In this document: one piece after another, positions 54,191-63,954 of the stretch | Position numbering within the stretch: position 1 is the first letter of the stretch | How the letters are laid out: every line of letters begins with the position of its first letter | Source of the DNA: an uncultured Candidatus Saccharibacteria bacterium | GTDB taxonomy: Bacteria > Patescibacteriota > Minisyncoccia > Phycocordibacterales > DSPV01 | DNA: 64,000 nt | Assembly: GCA_964617735.1 (NCBI GenBank) | Contig: CAZTXT010000001.1 | Coordinates: 600,549-664,548, forward strand | Direction: 5' to 3' | Notes under the pieces: model-generated | Told to the model about the DNA's origin: nothing | What the model saw: only the letters and a program-made list of their open reading frames with translations | Database searches by the model: none | Program-made: the position numbers and the translations under genes

Positions 54191-55511
54191 AGTTGGCATT
54201 CAACACATCAATGAGCCCTTGATACTTCGTCGCCAAACTCATGACATCATCCCCGTAAAACGCATAAGCGCTTTTAGTGGCATTCTTCCAGCCAGCGAGA
54301 TAGCGAAGGGCCGCGAGACGCTCGGCCTGCGGGGTGTGCGTGCTCGCACCATTATCGGCCAAGAGGATAGCCGATGCCATGATCGCATCCTGCGGATCCC
54401 AAGGATTGGGCGGAGTATGTCCTGTTGCCGAGGCGATTCGATCCTCGTAGAGAATCCACGTTGAAGGAATGAACTGCGCGGGCCCCATCGCACCGCCATA
54501 GCCATACCACGGCTTTTTTGAAACCGGCATCTTGTCGGGATCAAGCCCCAAACGCTTGCAGATGTCGAGGAACGGAACCGTATCGCGCGGATTCGCCATA
54601 TCGATCTGCCAATTGCCCGTTCCGACATTTTCTCCCAAGTTGGATTCCTCGGCGATGATACCGAGAATAAGGGCGGCCCGTACACCAGTTTTAGCCGATG
54701 CGGTTTGCGCGTATTGGTACGCTTTCTCGAATGGAATGGCCGCGGAACCACGCAGAGTGAAGAGCTCCGCACGGATGGACGCCGCGCTTTTTTGCTTATC
54801 AGCGATGATGCGTTGATAAATAGCCTCGACTCCTTTGGAGACCGCGAGAATGGCTTTTTTCTCTTGCTCCTGCTGCTCAATGCGCTTCTGCTCAAGGACC
54901 TGTATCTGCCGTAGGGATACCTCTTCGGCCGTTTTATCCTCCAGCGATGCCTTTTGCGTTTCAGTCTGGGTCCGATGGTCGACGAGCGAGGTGTATGAGC
55001 CCTGCAGAGAGGCTTTCACTGCATCAAATGAGTCAAGATCTTCGAAAAATGAGGATATATCCTTGCCGCTCAAAAGTATCTCGGCGAGGGTATACGAATC
55101 AAGCTGGTTGGTCTGCCGTAATATCTGGGCAAGCGACTCCCGCTCCCGATCAAGCCTGCCGGAGAGTCCTGCGATGATGGTCGTTTTGCCGGCAATGTCG
55201 TCTTTGAGTTGTGCGATCTCGATATCACGGGCTTTGATGGAGAGTTTTGACTTCTCGATGCTCGCATTGAGTATCGCAAGGTCGCGTTCAAGCGATACCC
55301 GTTCCTGCTGCTTCGATTCGAGGATCTTTTGCTGGTCGGCGATCTCTTGCTCAAGAGTTGCAAGGTCCTGTTCGAGTTGGGCACGCCGGGAATTGACATC
55401 CTGGGCATTTGCGAGATGAGCCGAGAGCGCCACAACCAGCACGATCAAGGCTAAAGAGGCTCTGTAAGCAGACCTGATGGTGCGCGGTACGCGAGGGTTT
55501 AGAAGGCGCAT
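54189..55511 (-). CDS. secreted coiled-coil lytic transglycosylase
   Basis: Signal peptide, long coiled coil, IIAEESNLG, GAMGPAQFIPSTW, NPWDPQDAI. Confidence 0.88.
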   Translation of the reverse strand: MRLLNPRVPRTIRSAYRASLALIVLVVALSAHLANAQDVNSRRAQLEQDLATLEQEIADQQKILESKQQERVSLERDLAILNASIEKSKLSIKARDIEIAQLKDDIAGKTTIIAGLSGRLDRERESLAQILRQTNQLDSYTLAEILLSGKDISSFFEDLDSFDAVKASLQGSYTSLVDHRTQTETQKASLEDKTAEEVSLRQIQVLEQKRIEQQEQEKKAILAVSKGVEAIYQRIIADKQKSAASIRAELFTLRGSAAIPFEKAYQYAQTASAKTGVRAALILGIIAEESNLGENVGTGNWQIDMANPRDTVPFLDICKRLGLDPDKMPVSKKPWYGYGGAMGPAQFIPSTWILYEDRIASATGHTPPNPWDPQDAIMASAILLADNGASTHTPQAERLAALRYLAGWKNATKSAYAFYGDDVMSLATKYQGLIDVLNAN

Positions 55512-55582
55512 GCGTCTATTGTACCCAACCGAAGCCAGTCGCACAAAAACCCCGCATTTGCGGGGTTTTTGTGCCTTTTTCA

Positions 55583-56257
55583 TTATTTCTCGGCTGCTTT
55601 AGGTGCTTCAGCTCCCTCTGCCACGGCTTCCTCGCCTTCCTTCGCTTCCTTACCTTTCTTCTCGACTTCGATAGCAGAGAGATCGATGGCCTCGGGCGGC
55701 TTCTCCTCCTCGACTTTCGCTTCAGTAATAGCGGCAACGACCTCATCGGCGTGGGCGATGAGCGCCACACCCGTGGGCAGTACGATATCCTTCGCCAAAA
55801 TCTGGCTCTTGAGATCAACGAGTGCTCCAATATCAACGGTGATGCGGCTTGGAAGATCTTTCGGAAGGGATTCTATCTCTACTTCGTGCAGAACCTTCAC
55901 CAGAATGCCGCCAAGGTCTTTGACCGCTGGCGCCATCCCGACGAACTCTATCGGAACCTTCACTTTGAGCTTCTTGTCTTTCTCAACGACATAAAAATCG
56001 GCATGGATCGGCACGCCCGTCACCGGATCACGCGAGACGTCCTGTATTAAAACCTGTTTCTCATCATCGCCATCTTTGAGCGTGATGATCGAGCTCTCTC
56101 CGGCAGACTTCCATACCTTGATGAAGTCGCCTCGGCGGACCGAGATCGGCGTTGATCGCTCCTTGCGACCATAAAAAACAGCCGGAACCAGACCTTTGCG
56201 TCTGACTTCTACGGCATTTTGCTTCCCATCACGTTTCTCTATAGCCAGCAATAACAT
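55583..56257 (-). CDS. rplY: 50S ribosomal protein L25 (Ctc-type long form)
   Basis: RRKGLVPAVFYG, HADFY, LPKDLP. Confidence 0.96.
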   Translation of the reverse strand: MLLLAIEKRDGKQNAVEVRRKGLVPAVFYGRKERSTPISVRRGDFIKVWKSAGESSIITLKDGDDEKQVLIQDVSRDPVTGVPIHADFYVVEKDKKLKVKVPIEFVGMAPAVKDLGGILVKVLHEVEIESLPKDLPSRITVDIGALVDLKSQILAKDIVLPTGVALIAHADEVVAAITEAKVEEEKPPEAIDLSAIEVEKKGKEAKEGEEAVAEGAEAPKAAEK

Positions 56258-56301
56258 AGCTGCCTAGTATATACAACTTCAAGAAAAAAGCAAAAACAGC
56301 C

Positions 56302-57174
56302 CTAGATCGAGGTGGCATCCGCCACCTGATGCCGCGGTAAACCCTCGGCGTAGAGCTCCTGCGCTTCGCCCAGGGTTACGGAATGACCATAGACATGCAC
56401 CTCGTCGAGCGATCCGACCACCGTAAAACCATTGGGTGGGTAGGGATTCTCGCCAACAACAAAAAAGATACTGCTCATGCCGTTGCCAAAAGATCCGGTG
56501 GGGTGGCTAAAGGGAACCGACCGATCTAGCTTGCTATCAACGTAAATTGACACAACTTTATTCATATCCACTGATACCAGCACATAGTGCCAGATACCAT
56601 CCGAAACGTTCTTTAATGAGCCGGCACCAACATTACAACCAGAAACTCCCCAATTCATGTAGAAATCAACGACGCCATTGCTCAAACAAAGAGAGAAATT
56701 GTAACCAGGACTTAAGCCCACTGTCCCGTCCACCGATGCAATGAATTGCGTTGCTGTAGATGATGTCTTTATCCATGCGCCTATCGAAATATTCGCCCCT
56801 CCATTGCTTGCAGGGATGCTTACATTTGGATTAGTGGCAGTCGTCCCGTAATGATTACTTAGGGTCACTGCATAACCTCTCCCTAAAGCGCCGGTAATCC
56901 AGGTGGGTGCTGAATTGAAGGTAAAGCCAAAATTATTGCCTGATGAATCGGTGGCTGATGACCCGCTGCCTTCGTCAAAATCCCAAAGGGCATACGCATC
57001 GGAGCCGAAGAGATGATAGGCGGAAGCAGAAAACTCCTTTGCGGCTGCCAATGAAGCCTTTTGGCGAGTACCGTTAATCGAGGCGAGGACAATGCTCGCG
57101 AGCAGGCTGATGATCGATATCACCACCAAAAGCTCGATGAGGGTGAAACCTTTCGCGCTTTTCCAAGACTTCAT
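56302..57174 (-). CDS. type IV pilin with LamG/ConA-like C-terminal domain
   Basis: AKG|FTLIELLVVISII; WDFDEGSG..ATDSSG, SIGAWIK, WHYV, GSLDEVHVY; start ATG at 57174. Confidence 0.9.
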   Translation of the reverse strand: MKSWKSAKGFTLIELLVVISIISLLASIVLASINGTRQKASLAAAKEFSASAYHLFGSDAYALWDFDEGSGSSATDSSGNNFGFTFNSAPTWITGALGRGYAVTLSNHYGTTATNPNVSIPASNGGANISIGAWIKTSSTATQFIASVDGTVGLSPGYNFSLCLSNGVVDFYMNWGVSGCNVGAGSLKNVSDGIWHYVLVSVDMNKVVSIYVDSKLDRSVPFSHPTGSFGNGMSSIFFVVGENPYPPNGFTVVGSLDEVHVYGHSVTLGEAQELYAEGLPRHQVADATSI

Positions 57175-57383
57175 AGAATAGTAGAGAAGAAATAGGCGGA
57201 CGCGGCGAAAGCGATGATCGCGATGATGATGAGAATGACCCCGGCCCCTTTCTCGGTCTTCACCAACCCGTGCCGCATGAGCCACCGGACCATGCCGGGA
57301 GTCCTCGCTTCGCCTAAAATAGTGCGCGAGCGGAATTGATAGAGATCCTGGCTCGTTTCATCATTGAATTGTACGTCAGGCAT
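57171..57383 (-). CDS. small single-TM protein upstream of pilin (paralog of 14427..14711)
   Basis: GMVRWLMRHGLVK...TM; ATGA overlap with the pilin. Confidence 0.8.
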   Translation of the reverse strand: MPDVQFNDETSQDLYQFRSRTILGEARTPGMVRWLMRHGLVKTEKGAGVILIIIAIIAFAASAYFFSTIL

Positions 57384-57464
57384 AATTGTAAACTCTTATA
57401 TTATACCCTTATAGTACCGCAATCAGAGGCTATCGGGCGTAAAGTTATGCACATTCATCGAGAG

Positions 57465-58070
57465 CTAGTTTCCAACTAAGAAATTCAAGTTCGAAGTACT
57501 CCCCCACGGATTTGGGGAGCATGTGCCGCTGCTGCCTGTCTTATCAAAACAGAGTGTCTGGCTAATGCCCGGGTTTTCCAGTCGTGTCGCAAGCACAAAA
57601 TCAGATGTAAGCCCTGTGCACATGTAGGTAGTATCCGAAACCTTGCGCAGTCCCCGTGCGTAGACGTATTCATAACCAGTAGCCGAGTGAGCATTGAGCG
57701 GATCGTTGGGGATGGAGGAGATATAGGCTGGAATTGTATTGAGCGCACTCAGCAAGCCATAGTGGTTAACGGTGGTGCCGATGCAGAGGTTGTAGGTAGC
57801 CGAAGGGCAACCCGATAAGAAACCGGTATTCGAAGGATCACCGCCCGTAGCCACGCAAGTGGGATACAAAGAGTAGTCATCGTAGTATTGTTCAATCGAA
57901 AGCTGTATCTGGGTGAGATCCGATTGGCGTTGTGCATCGCGCGCCTTGCGCCGAGAGGTATTGAAATTAGCCAATATCAAGGCGACCAGTATCGCGATAA
58001 TAGCGAGAACCACCAGAATCTCGATGAGCGTAAAACCTCGTATGCGCCGCGTAACGATCATACCGCTCAT
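57465..58070 (-). CDS. type IV pilin / GspG-like, Cys-rich C-terminus
   Basis: IRG|FTLIEILVV, KARDAQRQSDL..I, IPNDP. Confidence 0.9.
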   Translation of the reverse strand: MSGMIVTRRIRGFTLIEILVVLAIIAILVALILANFNTSRRKARDAQRQSDLTQIQLSIEQYYDDYSLYPTCVATGGDPSNTGFLSGCPSATYNLCIGTTVNHYGLLSALNTIPAYISSIPNDPLNAHSATGYEYVYARGLRKVSDTTYMCTGLTSDFVLATRLENPGISQTLCFDKTGSSGTCSPNPWGSTSNLNFLVGN

Positions 58071-59038
58071 TGTACACTATTGGCCGGAGTGCTACCGTCG
58101 AAAAAACTGATAAGATTGGCGGCAACGATGCGGCTCATATCCGCCCGTGCTTCCGCTGTCGCCGAAGCGATATGCGGCGTCATGACCACATTCATGAGCT
58201 TCGTGAAGCGTTTCGATACCTTCGGCTCGAATTCGTACACATCCATCGCGGCGCCGCGGATTTCATTTCTTGAGAGGGCGTCGGCGAGCGCATGCTCGTC
58301 GACGACTGGACCGCGGGAGGTATTGATGAGATACGCGCTTGGCTTCATCATCGAAAGCCGTCGGGCGTCGATAAGATGGCGTGTTTGTTCGGTCAACAGT
58401 ACGTGCAAGGTCACGATATCTGCGGCCTTGAGAACATCTTCAGTTGACGGCACAAAAATCGCTCCATAATCGCGCTCGACGCGCTCGTTGCGCATCATAT
58501 CGAAATAGATGACCTTCATACCAAAACCCTGCACCGCCTTTTGCATGACATACGCGCCGATATGACCGGCACCGATGACCCCCAATGTTTTCCCTTTAAT
58601 ATCCTCTCCGATCATGAGGTTGGGATCCCAGCCCTTGTATTTCCCTTGCCGGACGAATTCGTCTCCCTCCATGACCCGATGGGTCAGCGCCATGATAAGC
58701 GCCATCGTATGTTCCGCAACGCTCTCGTTGACGGCGTCAGAAGGAGTATTGGTGATGGTTATGCCGCGGCGTTTTGCTTCAGTAGTGTCTATATTGTTGA
58801 AGCCGACGGCGTAATTAGCGTATATCTTAACGCTCTTGGCGGCGTCGAAAACCAAGGCATCTATGGTATCGTTCAAAAGGCAGATAACACCGTCATAAGA
58901 AGCAGCCTTGAGCTCCTTGATGAGCTCGACATGCGTGAGCGCTCGATCTTTAGAATTGACCGTGACCACGTGTCCTCTCTCCCTCAACAGCGACAGACAC
59001 GGTTCTGGTATGGCTCTGGTCAAATAAATGCTCGACAT
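58067..59038 (-). CDS. D-isomer-specific 2-hydroxyacid dehydrogenase (glyoxylate/hydroxypyruvate reductase-like)
   Basis: AVGFNNID, GVIGAGHIG, INTSRG, DVYEFEP, TPHIAS. Confidence 0.93.
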   Translation of the reverse strand: MSSIYLTRAIPEPCLSLLRERGHVVTVNSKDRALTHVELIKELKAASYDGVICLLNDTIDALVFDAAKSVKIYANYAVGFNNIDTTEAKRRGITITNTPSDAVNESVAEHTMALIMALTHRVMEGDEFVRQGKYKGWDPNLMIGEDIKGKTLGVIGAGHIGAYVMQKAVQGFGMKVIYFDMMRNERVERDYGAIFVPSTEDVLKAADIVTLHVLLTEQTRHLIDARRLSMMKPSAYLINTSRGPVVDEHALADALSRNEIRGAAMDVYEFEPKVSKRFTKLMNVVMTPHIASATAEARADMSRIVAANLISFFDGSTPANSVQ

Positions 59039-59041
59039 AGT

Positions 59042-59911
59042 CTATTTTATTTTATTGAACAATCGAAGTTTCTCATCCACGACTTTCTCGACGGCTGCCG
59101 TTGCGGCCTTGAGGTATTTATACGGGGCAACTTCGTCGGGATCGTTCTGCAGAGCGAGCTGAAGGCCGTTTCGAAAGGCAACGCGCAACTCGGTGCTCAC
59201 ATGGACGATACCGACCCCTTCGGCGATGGCGGCCGCGATATCCTCATTCGAATTGCCTGATGCTCCGTGGAGCACCATCGGCACCTCGAGTGCCTTATGA
59301 AGCGCCTTGACGCGCGCGATATTGAGATTGGGGTCATGACCACTCTTGAGCATGCCGTGGATATTCCCTACGGCGGGAGCGAGCAGATCTATTCCGGTCG
59401 CGCGCACAAAACGCGCCGCGTCCTCGGGTTTCGTCAGATACTCTTCCGCTATCTTGACGCCGGGTGGCAGCTCGGCGCGAACCGAAGATGATTTGCCGAT
59501 AAAGCCGAGTTCTCCCTCGACCAGCATGCCCGGACGATGACGCGTCGCGTATTCGACGCATTCACGAGCGGTCTTGGCATTCTCATCAAAAGAAAGCTCC
59601 GTACCGTCAAAAATGACCGCGTCGAATCCGGCATCAACCGCTTCCTTCACCCGCTCGAGGCTGTAGGTATGGTCAGCATTCGAAAATATCGGGAATTCGA
59701 ACTGCTCTCGAATGCCCTGAATGAGCCGCGCCGCCTGCTGCACGCCGATAAAATCGCGTTCGCCCTCAGAAAATCCGACGATGACGGGAACATTAAGCTT
59801 TTGCGCGGCGCGGAAAATGGGCCAGACCATATCGGCGCTTCCAGCGTTGAAATGGCCGATGGCTTTCCCATGCTTGATTGCATCATGGATACGTTCGCGC
59901 AAAAACTTCAT
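59042..59911 (-). CDS. fba: class II fructose-bisphosphate aldolase
   Basis: GHFN, NADH, VEGELG, AVGNIHG, VLHGASG. Confidence 0.9.
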   Translation of the reverse strand: MKFLRERIHDAIKHGKAIGHFNAGSADMVWPIFRAAQKLNVPVIVGFSEGERDFIGVQQAARLIQGIREQFEFPIFSNADHTYSLERVKEAVDAGFDAVIFDGTELSFDENAKTARECVEYATRHRPGMLVEGELGFIGKSSSVRAELPPGVKIAEEYLTKPEDAARFVRATGIDLLAPAVGNIHGMLKSGHDPNLNIARVKALHKALEVPMVLHGASGNSNEDIAAAIAEGVGIVHVSTELRVAFRNGLQLALQNDPDEVAPYKYLKAATAAVEKVVDEKLRLFNKIK

Positions 59912-59983
59912 TGTCTCATTGTATCACGCAGACAACGCTCACAATCCCCATTGAGAGAAAGCGAAGCATGCTATACTTTCCAT

Positions 59984-60973
59984 ATGGCAATGCTCGATTT
60001 TCTGGCAGTCGGGGATATTACCATCGACACTTTCATACGTCTCAAAGAGGCACAGGTGCACTGCGATCTCAACCATGAGCATTGCCGGCTCTCCATTTCA
60101 TTCGGTGACAAAATACCCTATGAATTTGCTGAGGATATCTCTGCAGTCGGAAATTCGCCCAATGCCGCTGTCTCCGCCGCGCGCCTCGGTCTTGTATCAG
60201 GACTGGTGAGCGACATCGGAAAAGACCGCGGTGGAGAAGAATGCCTCATGCAGCTCAAAAAAGAAGGAGTGAATACGAAATTCGTCTCGATCCACCAAGG
60301 CCTGCCGACGAACCATCACTATGTGCTCTGGTACGAGGACGAGCGCACGATCCTCGTCAAACACACACCATATCCTTACCACTTCCCTGCCGTCGCAGCG
60401 CCACGCTGGATCTACCTAAGCTCTATCGGCGCGAACTCCGAGAAGTATCACGACGAGATTGCAGAGTATCTCGAGAAAAATTCCTCCGTCAAACTGGCCT
60501 TCCAGCCCGGAACATTCCAGATTAACGCAGGCAAAGAAAGAATGGGGAGGCTCTATGCACGGGCCGAGGTCATCGCCGTCAACGTTGAAGAAGCTCGTAA
60601 AATCACGGGGGCAGAAGATGCCACTCCGACCGACTTGCTAAATGCGCTCCGTACACTCGGACCGAAAATGGCGCTCGTTACGGACGGTCCCAAAGGCGCG
60701 TACCTGCACGACGGCACCGACCAATGGTTCCTGCCGATCTACCCAGACAAAAAACCTCCCTACCAGCGCACTGGTGCGGGAGATGCGACTGCGTCATCGT
60801 TCGTTTCAGGGATGATAGCCGGGCAAACACCCATAGAGGCTCTCAAATGGGGGCATATCAACGCACAATCGGTAGTTCAACAGCTCGGGGCACAGCGCGG
60901 ATTATTGACACGTTCAGAAGTAGAAAAAGCGCTCGCTGAAGCTCCACCGGAGTTCAAAGAAAAGAAACTTTAG
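59984..60973 (+). CDS. PfkB-family carbohydrate kinase
   Basis: GNSPNAAV..ARLG, VTDGPKG, RTGAGDA; start ATG at 59984. Confidence 0.9.
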   Translation: MAMLDFLAVGDITIDTFIRLKEAQVHCDLNHEHCRLSISFGDKIPYEFAEDISAVGNSPNAAVSAARLGLVSGLVSDIGKDRGGEECLMQLKKEGVNTKFVSIHQGLPTNHHYVLWYEDERTILVKHTPYPYHFPAVAAPRWIYLSSIGANSEKYHDEIAEYLEKNSSVKLAFQPGTFQINAGKERMGRLYARAEVIAVNVEEARKITGAEDATPTDLLNALRTLGPKMALVTDGPKGAYLHDGTDQWFLPIYPDKKPPYQRTGAGDATASSFVSGMIAGQTPIEALKWGHINAQSVVQQLGAQRGLLTRSEVEKALAEAPPEFKEKKL

Positions 60974-61203
60974 TTCCCTTTCTTTCTTTTTATCTTCTTG
61001 GTGTAATTGAGCCACGCGGGACCAAGGGAGAGCACGTCCTCTATCTCCTGGATATTGAGCCGGGTAATCTTCAGTATCTCATTGTAGCAATGTACGCAGA
61101 CGTGGAATTTCTTCACCTCATCTCCCCTAGGCGGACTCAAAAGAAGCCCACCGGGTTTTTTAAGCTCTTTTTTGCAAAAATCGCAATACGGTCTTATCGC
61201 CAT
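60970..61203 (-). CDS. small Zn-finger protein (CxxC...CxxC)
   Basis: MAIRPYCDFCKKEL...LLSPP...KFHVCVHCY; 1 nt after the transketolase C stop. Confidence 0.7.
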   Translation of the reverse strand: MAIRPYCDFCKKELKKPGGLLLSPPRGDEVKKFHVCVHCYNEILKITRLNIQEIEDVLSLGPAWLNYTKKIKRKKGN

Positions 61204-61204
61204 A

Positions 61205-62203
61205 TTATTTTCGTGCAATGGCTTTACGCGCTGCACTGACGATGTGCGCGGCATCCAACCCATAATGTGCAACGAGCTCTGCGGGAGAACCCGACTGGCC
61301 GAACTCGTCGTTAACCGCAACGAATTCGATCGGCACCGGTTTTTTCTGCGACAGGCACTCGGCTACCGCAGAACCCATGCCACCCATCCGCTGATGCTCT
61401 TCGACGGTAACGATCGCTCCGGCCTGCAGTGCAAGCTCGATGACCGCGGCCTCATCGAGTGGTTTTATGGTCGAGAGATTTAGGACCGAGACCGGTATAC
61501 GCTCGATCTCTTCAAGCTGACGAGCAGCCTTGAGCGCTTCATGCGTGAGCGACCCCGTCGCGATGATACCGACTGCTGGCGCGCCGCTTGCCGGAGAAAA
61601 AAGCAAACTCGCCTTTCCTATCTCAAAGGGCGTCTCGGCAGTCGTGATGACCGGCGTTTTCTCGCGCGCAAGGCGGATATAGACGGGCATCCCGGTTTTC
61701 GCGGCCGCTATTGTCGCCTTGTGCGCCTCAAACGCGTCGCAGGGCGATAGTACGATCATCCGCGGCATCACCCGCATCAGCGCAATGTCTTCAAGTGCTT
61801 GATGCGTTCCTCCATCGGGACCGACGGAAACGCCACCGTGGCTTCCTGCGATTTTGACCGGTACGTTGTTATACGCAATCGTCGTCCGAATCTGCTCCCA
61901 GTTTCTGCCCGGAGAGAACATCGCGTAAGACGTCACAAATGGTATCTTTCCCATTGCTGCCATTCCGCTCGCCACCGTCACTAAATTCTGCTCGGCAACA
62001 CCCACCTCAATAAACCGATTCGGAAATTTCTCTTTGAACAAATGCATCTGCGTTGACTCGGTGAGATCGGCGCACAGTCCCACCACCCGCTCATCAGCTT
62101 CTCCTGCAGTTAAAAGCCCTTGGCCGAAACCTTTTCGTATCGGCTGCATCTCGACATCTGCGTCGAAGAGTTTAGGATTAAGGTTGTGAGATAAAACCAA
62201 CAT
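61205..62203 (-). CDS. transketolase C-terminal subunit
   Basis: GVAEQN, GPDGGTHQALED, VEEH...GGMGS. Confidence 0.94.
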   Translation of the reverse strand: MLVLSHNLNPKLFDADVEMQPIRKGFGQGLLTAGEADERVVGLCADLTESTQMHLFKEKFPNRFIEVGVAEQNLVTVASGMAAMGKIPFVTSYAMFSPGRNWEQIRTTIAYNNVPVKIAGSHGGVSVGPDGGTHQALEDIALMRVMPRMIVLSPCDAFEAHKATIAAAKTGMPVYIRLAREKTPVITTAETPFEIGKASLLFSPASGAPAVGIIATGSLTHEALKAARQLEEIERIPVSVLNLSTIKPLDEAAVIELALQAGAIVTVEEHQRMGGMGSAVAECLSQKKPVPIEFVAVNDEFGQSGSPAELVAHYGLDAAHIVSAARKAIARK

Positions 62204-62307
62204 TATTTAATGCATCTTAGTTTGGAAAGGCCGATGGCAAAAACTAAAAAAACAACTACCCGCAATACAGACTTCACTTTGTTGGTTATTTCTTTTGAGT
62301 TTTCCAT
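62203..62307 (-). CDS. 34-aa hydrophobic mini-ORF between the transketolase subunits
   Basis: MENSKEITNKVKSVLRVVVFLVFAIGLSKLRCIK*; its TAA overlaps the next ATG (TAATG). Confidence 0.4.
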   Translation of the reverse strand: MENSKEITNKVKSVLRVVVFLVFAIGLSKLRCIK

Positions 62308-62312
62308 AATAC

Positions 62313-63179
62313 CTACTCATGTTCACTTCTAATTCTCCCTCCCAACGTACGCAGAGCTTTCAGCGCACGCTCGCCCTCCTCGCGGTTCGGGGGCTTGCCG
62401 TGCCATTCATACTTGCGCTCGAATTCGGGAACGCCGCGGCCCGGTATCGTATGCGCGATGATGACTGATGGCCGGTTGAACTCGGCCTTCGCTTCCCCGA
62501 TCGCGCCGTCGATCTGGTTAAAATTGTGTCCGTTGATCTCGATGACATGCCAGTTGAACGCATGCCATTTATCGGCAATGGGCTCCAAGGGCATGATGTC
62601 TTCCGTAAATCCATCAATCTGGATGTTATTGCGGTCAACGATAGCGATAAGATTCCCCAACCGCTCTTTTCCGGCAAGCATCACAGCTTCCCACGTGTTT
62701 CCCTCATCATGCTCTCCGTCCGACATCAGACAAAAAATGTAGCTGCCGGAGGATTTCCCGCGATCCATGCGCTGTGCTAAAGCCATACCGGCCGCTTGCG
62801 AGAGGCCACAGCCAAGCGGCCCAGAACTCGTCTCAAGTGCTGGAAAGAAGTCGCGGTGCGGATGGCCTTGAAACTTCGTTCCGAATTTGCGCAGCGTCTT
62901 TTTGAATTCGGAAACGCTCGCGTAGCCCGCGCTGGCCATCGCCGCATAGAGGATGGGGCAAATATGCCCGTTGGAGAGTACAAGCCGATCGCGTTCCTCC
63001 CACGTCGGGTTTTTAGGGTCATGCCGAAGAGCATGAAAGTAGAGGTATGCAAAGATATCCGCCATACCCAAAGGTCCCGCGGTATGTCCTGATCCCGCTT
63101 CCACAAGGGCCTCGATGACCATCATCCGAAGCTCGTTGGCTTTTTTCTCAAGAGCGAAGATTTTGCTATCAGAGAGCAT
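62313..63179 (-). CDS. transketolase N-terminal subunit
   Basis: GSGH, RDRLVLSNGH, QGHP, SDGEHDEG, WHGK. Confidence 0.94.
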   Translation of the reverse strand: MLSDSKIFALEKKANELRMMVIEALVEAGSGHTAGPLGMADIFAYLYFHALRHDPKNPTWEERDRLVLSNGHICPILYAAMASAGYASVSEFKKTLRKFGTKFQGHPHRDFFPALETSSGPLGCGLSQAAGMALAQRMDRGKSSGSYIFCLMSDGEHDEGNTWEAVMLAGKERLGNLIAIVDRNNIQIDGFTEDIMPLEPIADKWHAFNWHVIEINGHNFNQIDGAIGEAKAEFNRPSVIIAHTIPGRGVPEFERKYEWHGKPPNREEGERALKALRTLGGRIRSEHE

Positions 63180-63273
63180 AGAGAGTGAATGGCTAGAACT
63201 TTTGCATCAGAAACGATGAACGCAGCGCACCCTATCATTATAGGCTCAAAAGAAAGCGGTGAAAATCGGTTTC

Positions 63274-63954
63274 TTACACACCCTTGGCTAAGGCCGCGAA
63301 TTTTCTGTATGCGCCGGCAGGGTCGTCTGACCTAAAGATCGCGGATCCCACGACCAGTCGGGTCGCTCCCGCTTGTATCAGGGATGCGGCATTCTCAAGA
63401 TTCACTCCTCCATCTACGGCGATGGGCACGCCCGGGAACTGCGCGCGGGCCGCGCTTATTTTCTTCACGATAGAGGCTTCAAACTTCGAGCCCTGATAGC
63501 CAATCCGCGCAATGGACATCAATTGTAAAAAGGCAGCCTGCGAAGCAGTATCGGGGAGAGTTTCGAACGTGGTCTCGAATTTAAGCGCAAGCCCCAACTC
63601 GACAAGCGTGCCGTAACGGTCCACTAAGGCTCCGAAGTCCTTGGCTGCCTCGGCGTGCACAACGATGCGCGACACTCCTACGTGCACCCACTTATCCAGC
63701 TGGTTCTCTGGTTGCTCGATCATGAGGTGAACCTCGAAATCCAAGTCCTCCCAATAGGGCAGGCCTTTCTCCTCACGCGCGATAGCCGAAAATCGCATCG
63801 CATCCGCCGGATTGTAGGGCCAAGAAACGCTCGGTACGAATTCTCCGTCGCAGACATCGATATGGACCATGCGTGCAGCCCTCGAGACACCCCCGAGTTT
63901 TCCCGTCAACTCATCGAAATTCTCCGGCAGGATCGCAGGGAGTATCTCGATCAT
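63274..63954 (-). CDS. rpe: ribulose-phosphate 3-epimerase
   Basis: HIDVCDGEFV, EVHLM, IGYQG, VDGGVN, VVGSAIF. Confidence 0.92.
   Translation of the reverse strand: MIEILPAILPENFDELTGKLGGVSRAARMVHIDVCDGEFVPSVSWPYNPADAMRFSAIAREEKGLPYWEDLDFEVHLMIEQPENQLDKWVHVGVSRIVVHAEAAKDFGALVDRYGTLVELGLALKFETTFETLPDTASQAAFLQLMSIARIGYQGSKFEASIVKKISAARAQFPGVPIAVDGGVNLENAASLIQAGATRLVVGSAIFRSDDPAGAYRKFAALAKGV

Noticed and set aside
53961-54464. 167-aa plus-strand ORF
   Set aside because: Runs through a strong terminator and overlaps the transglycosylase antisense; an RNA explanation fits better
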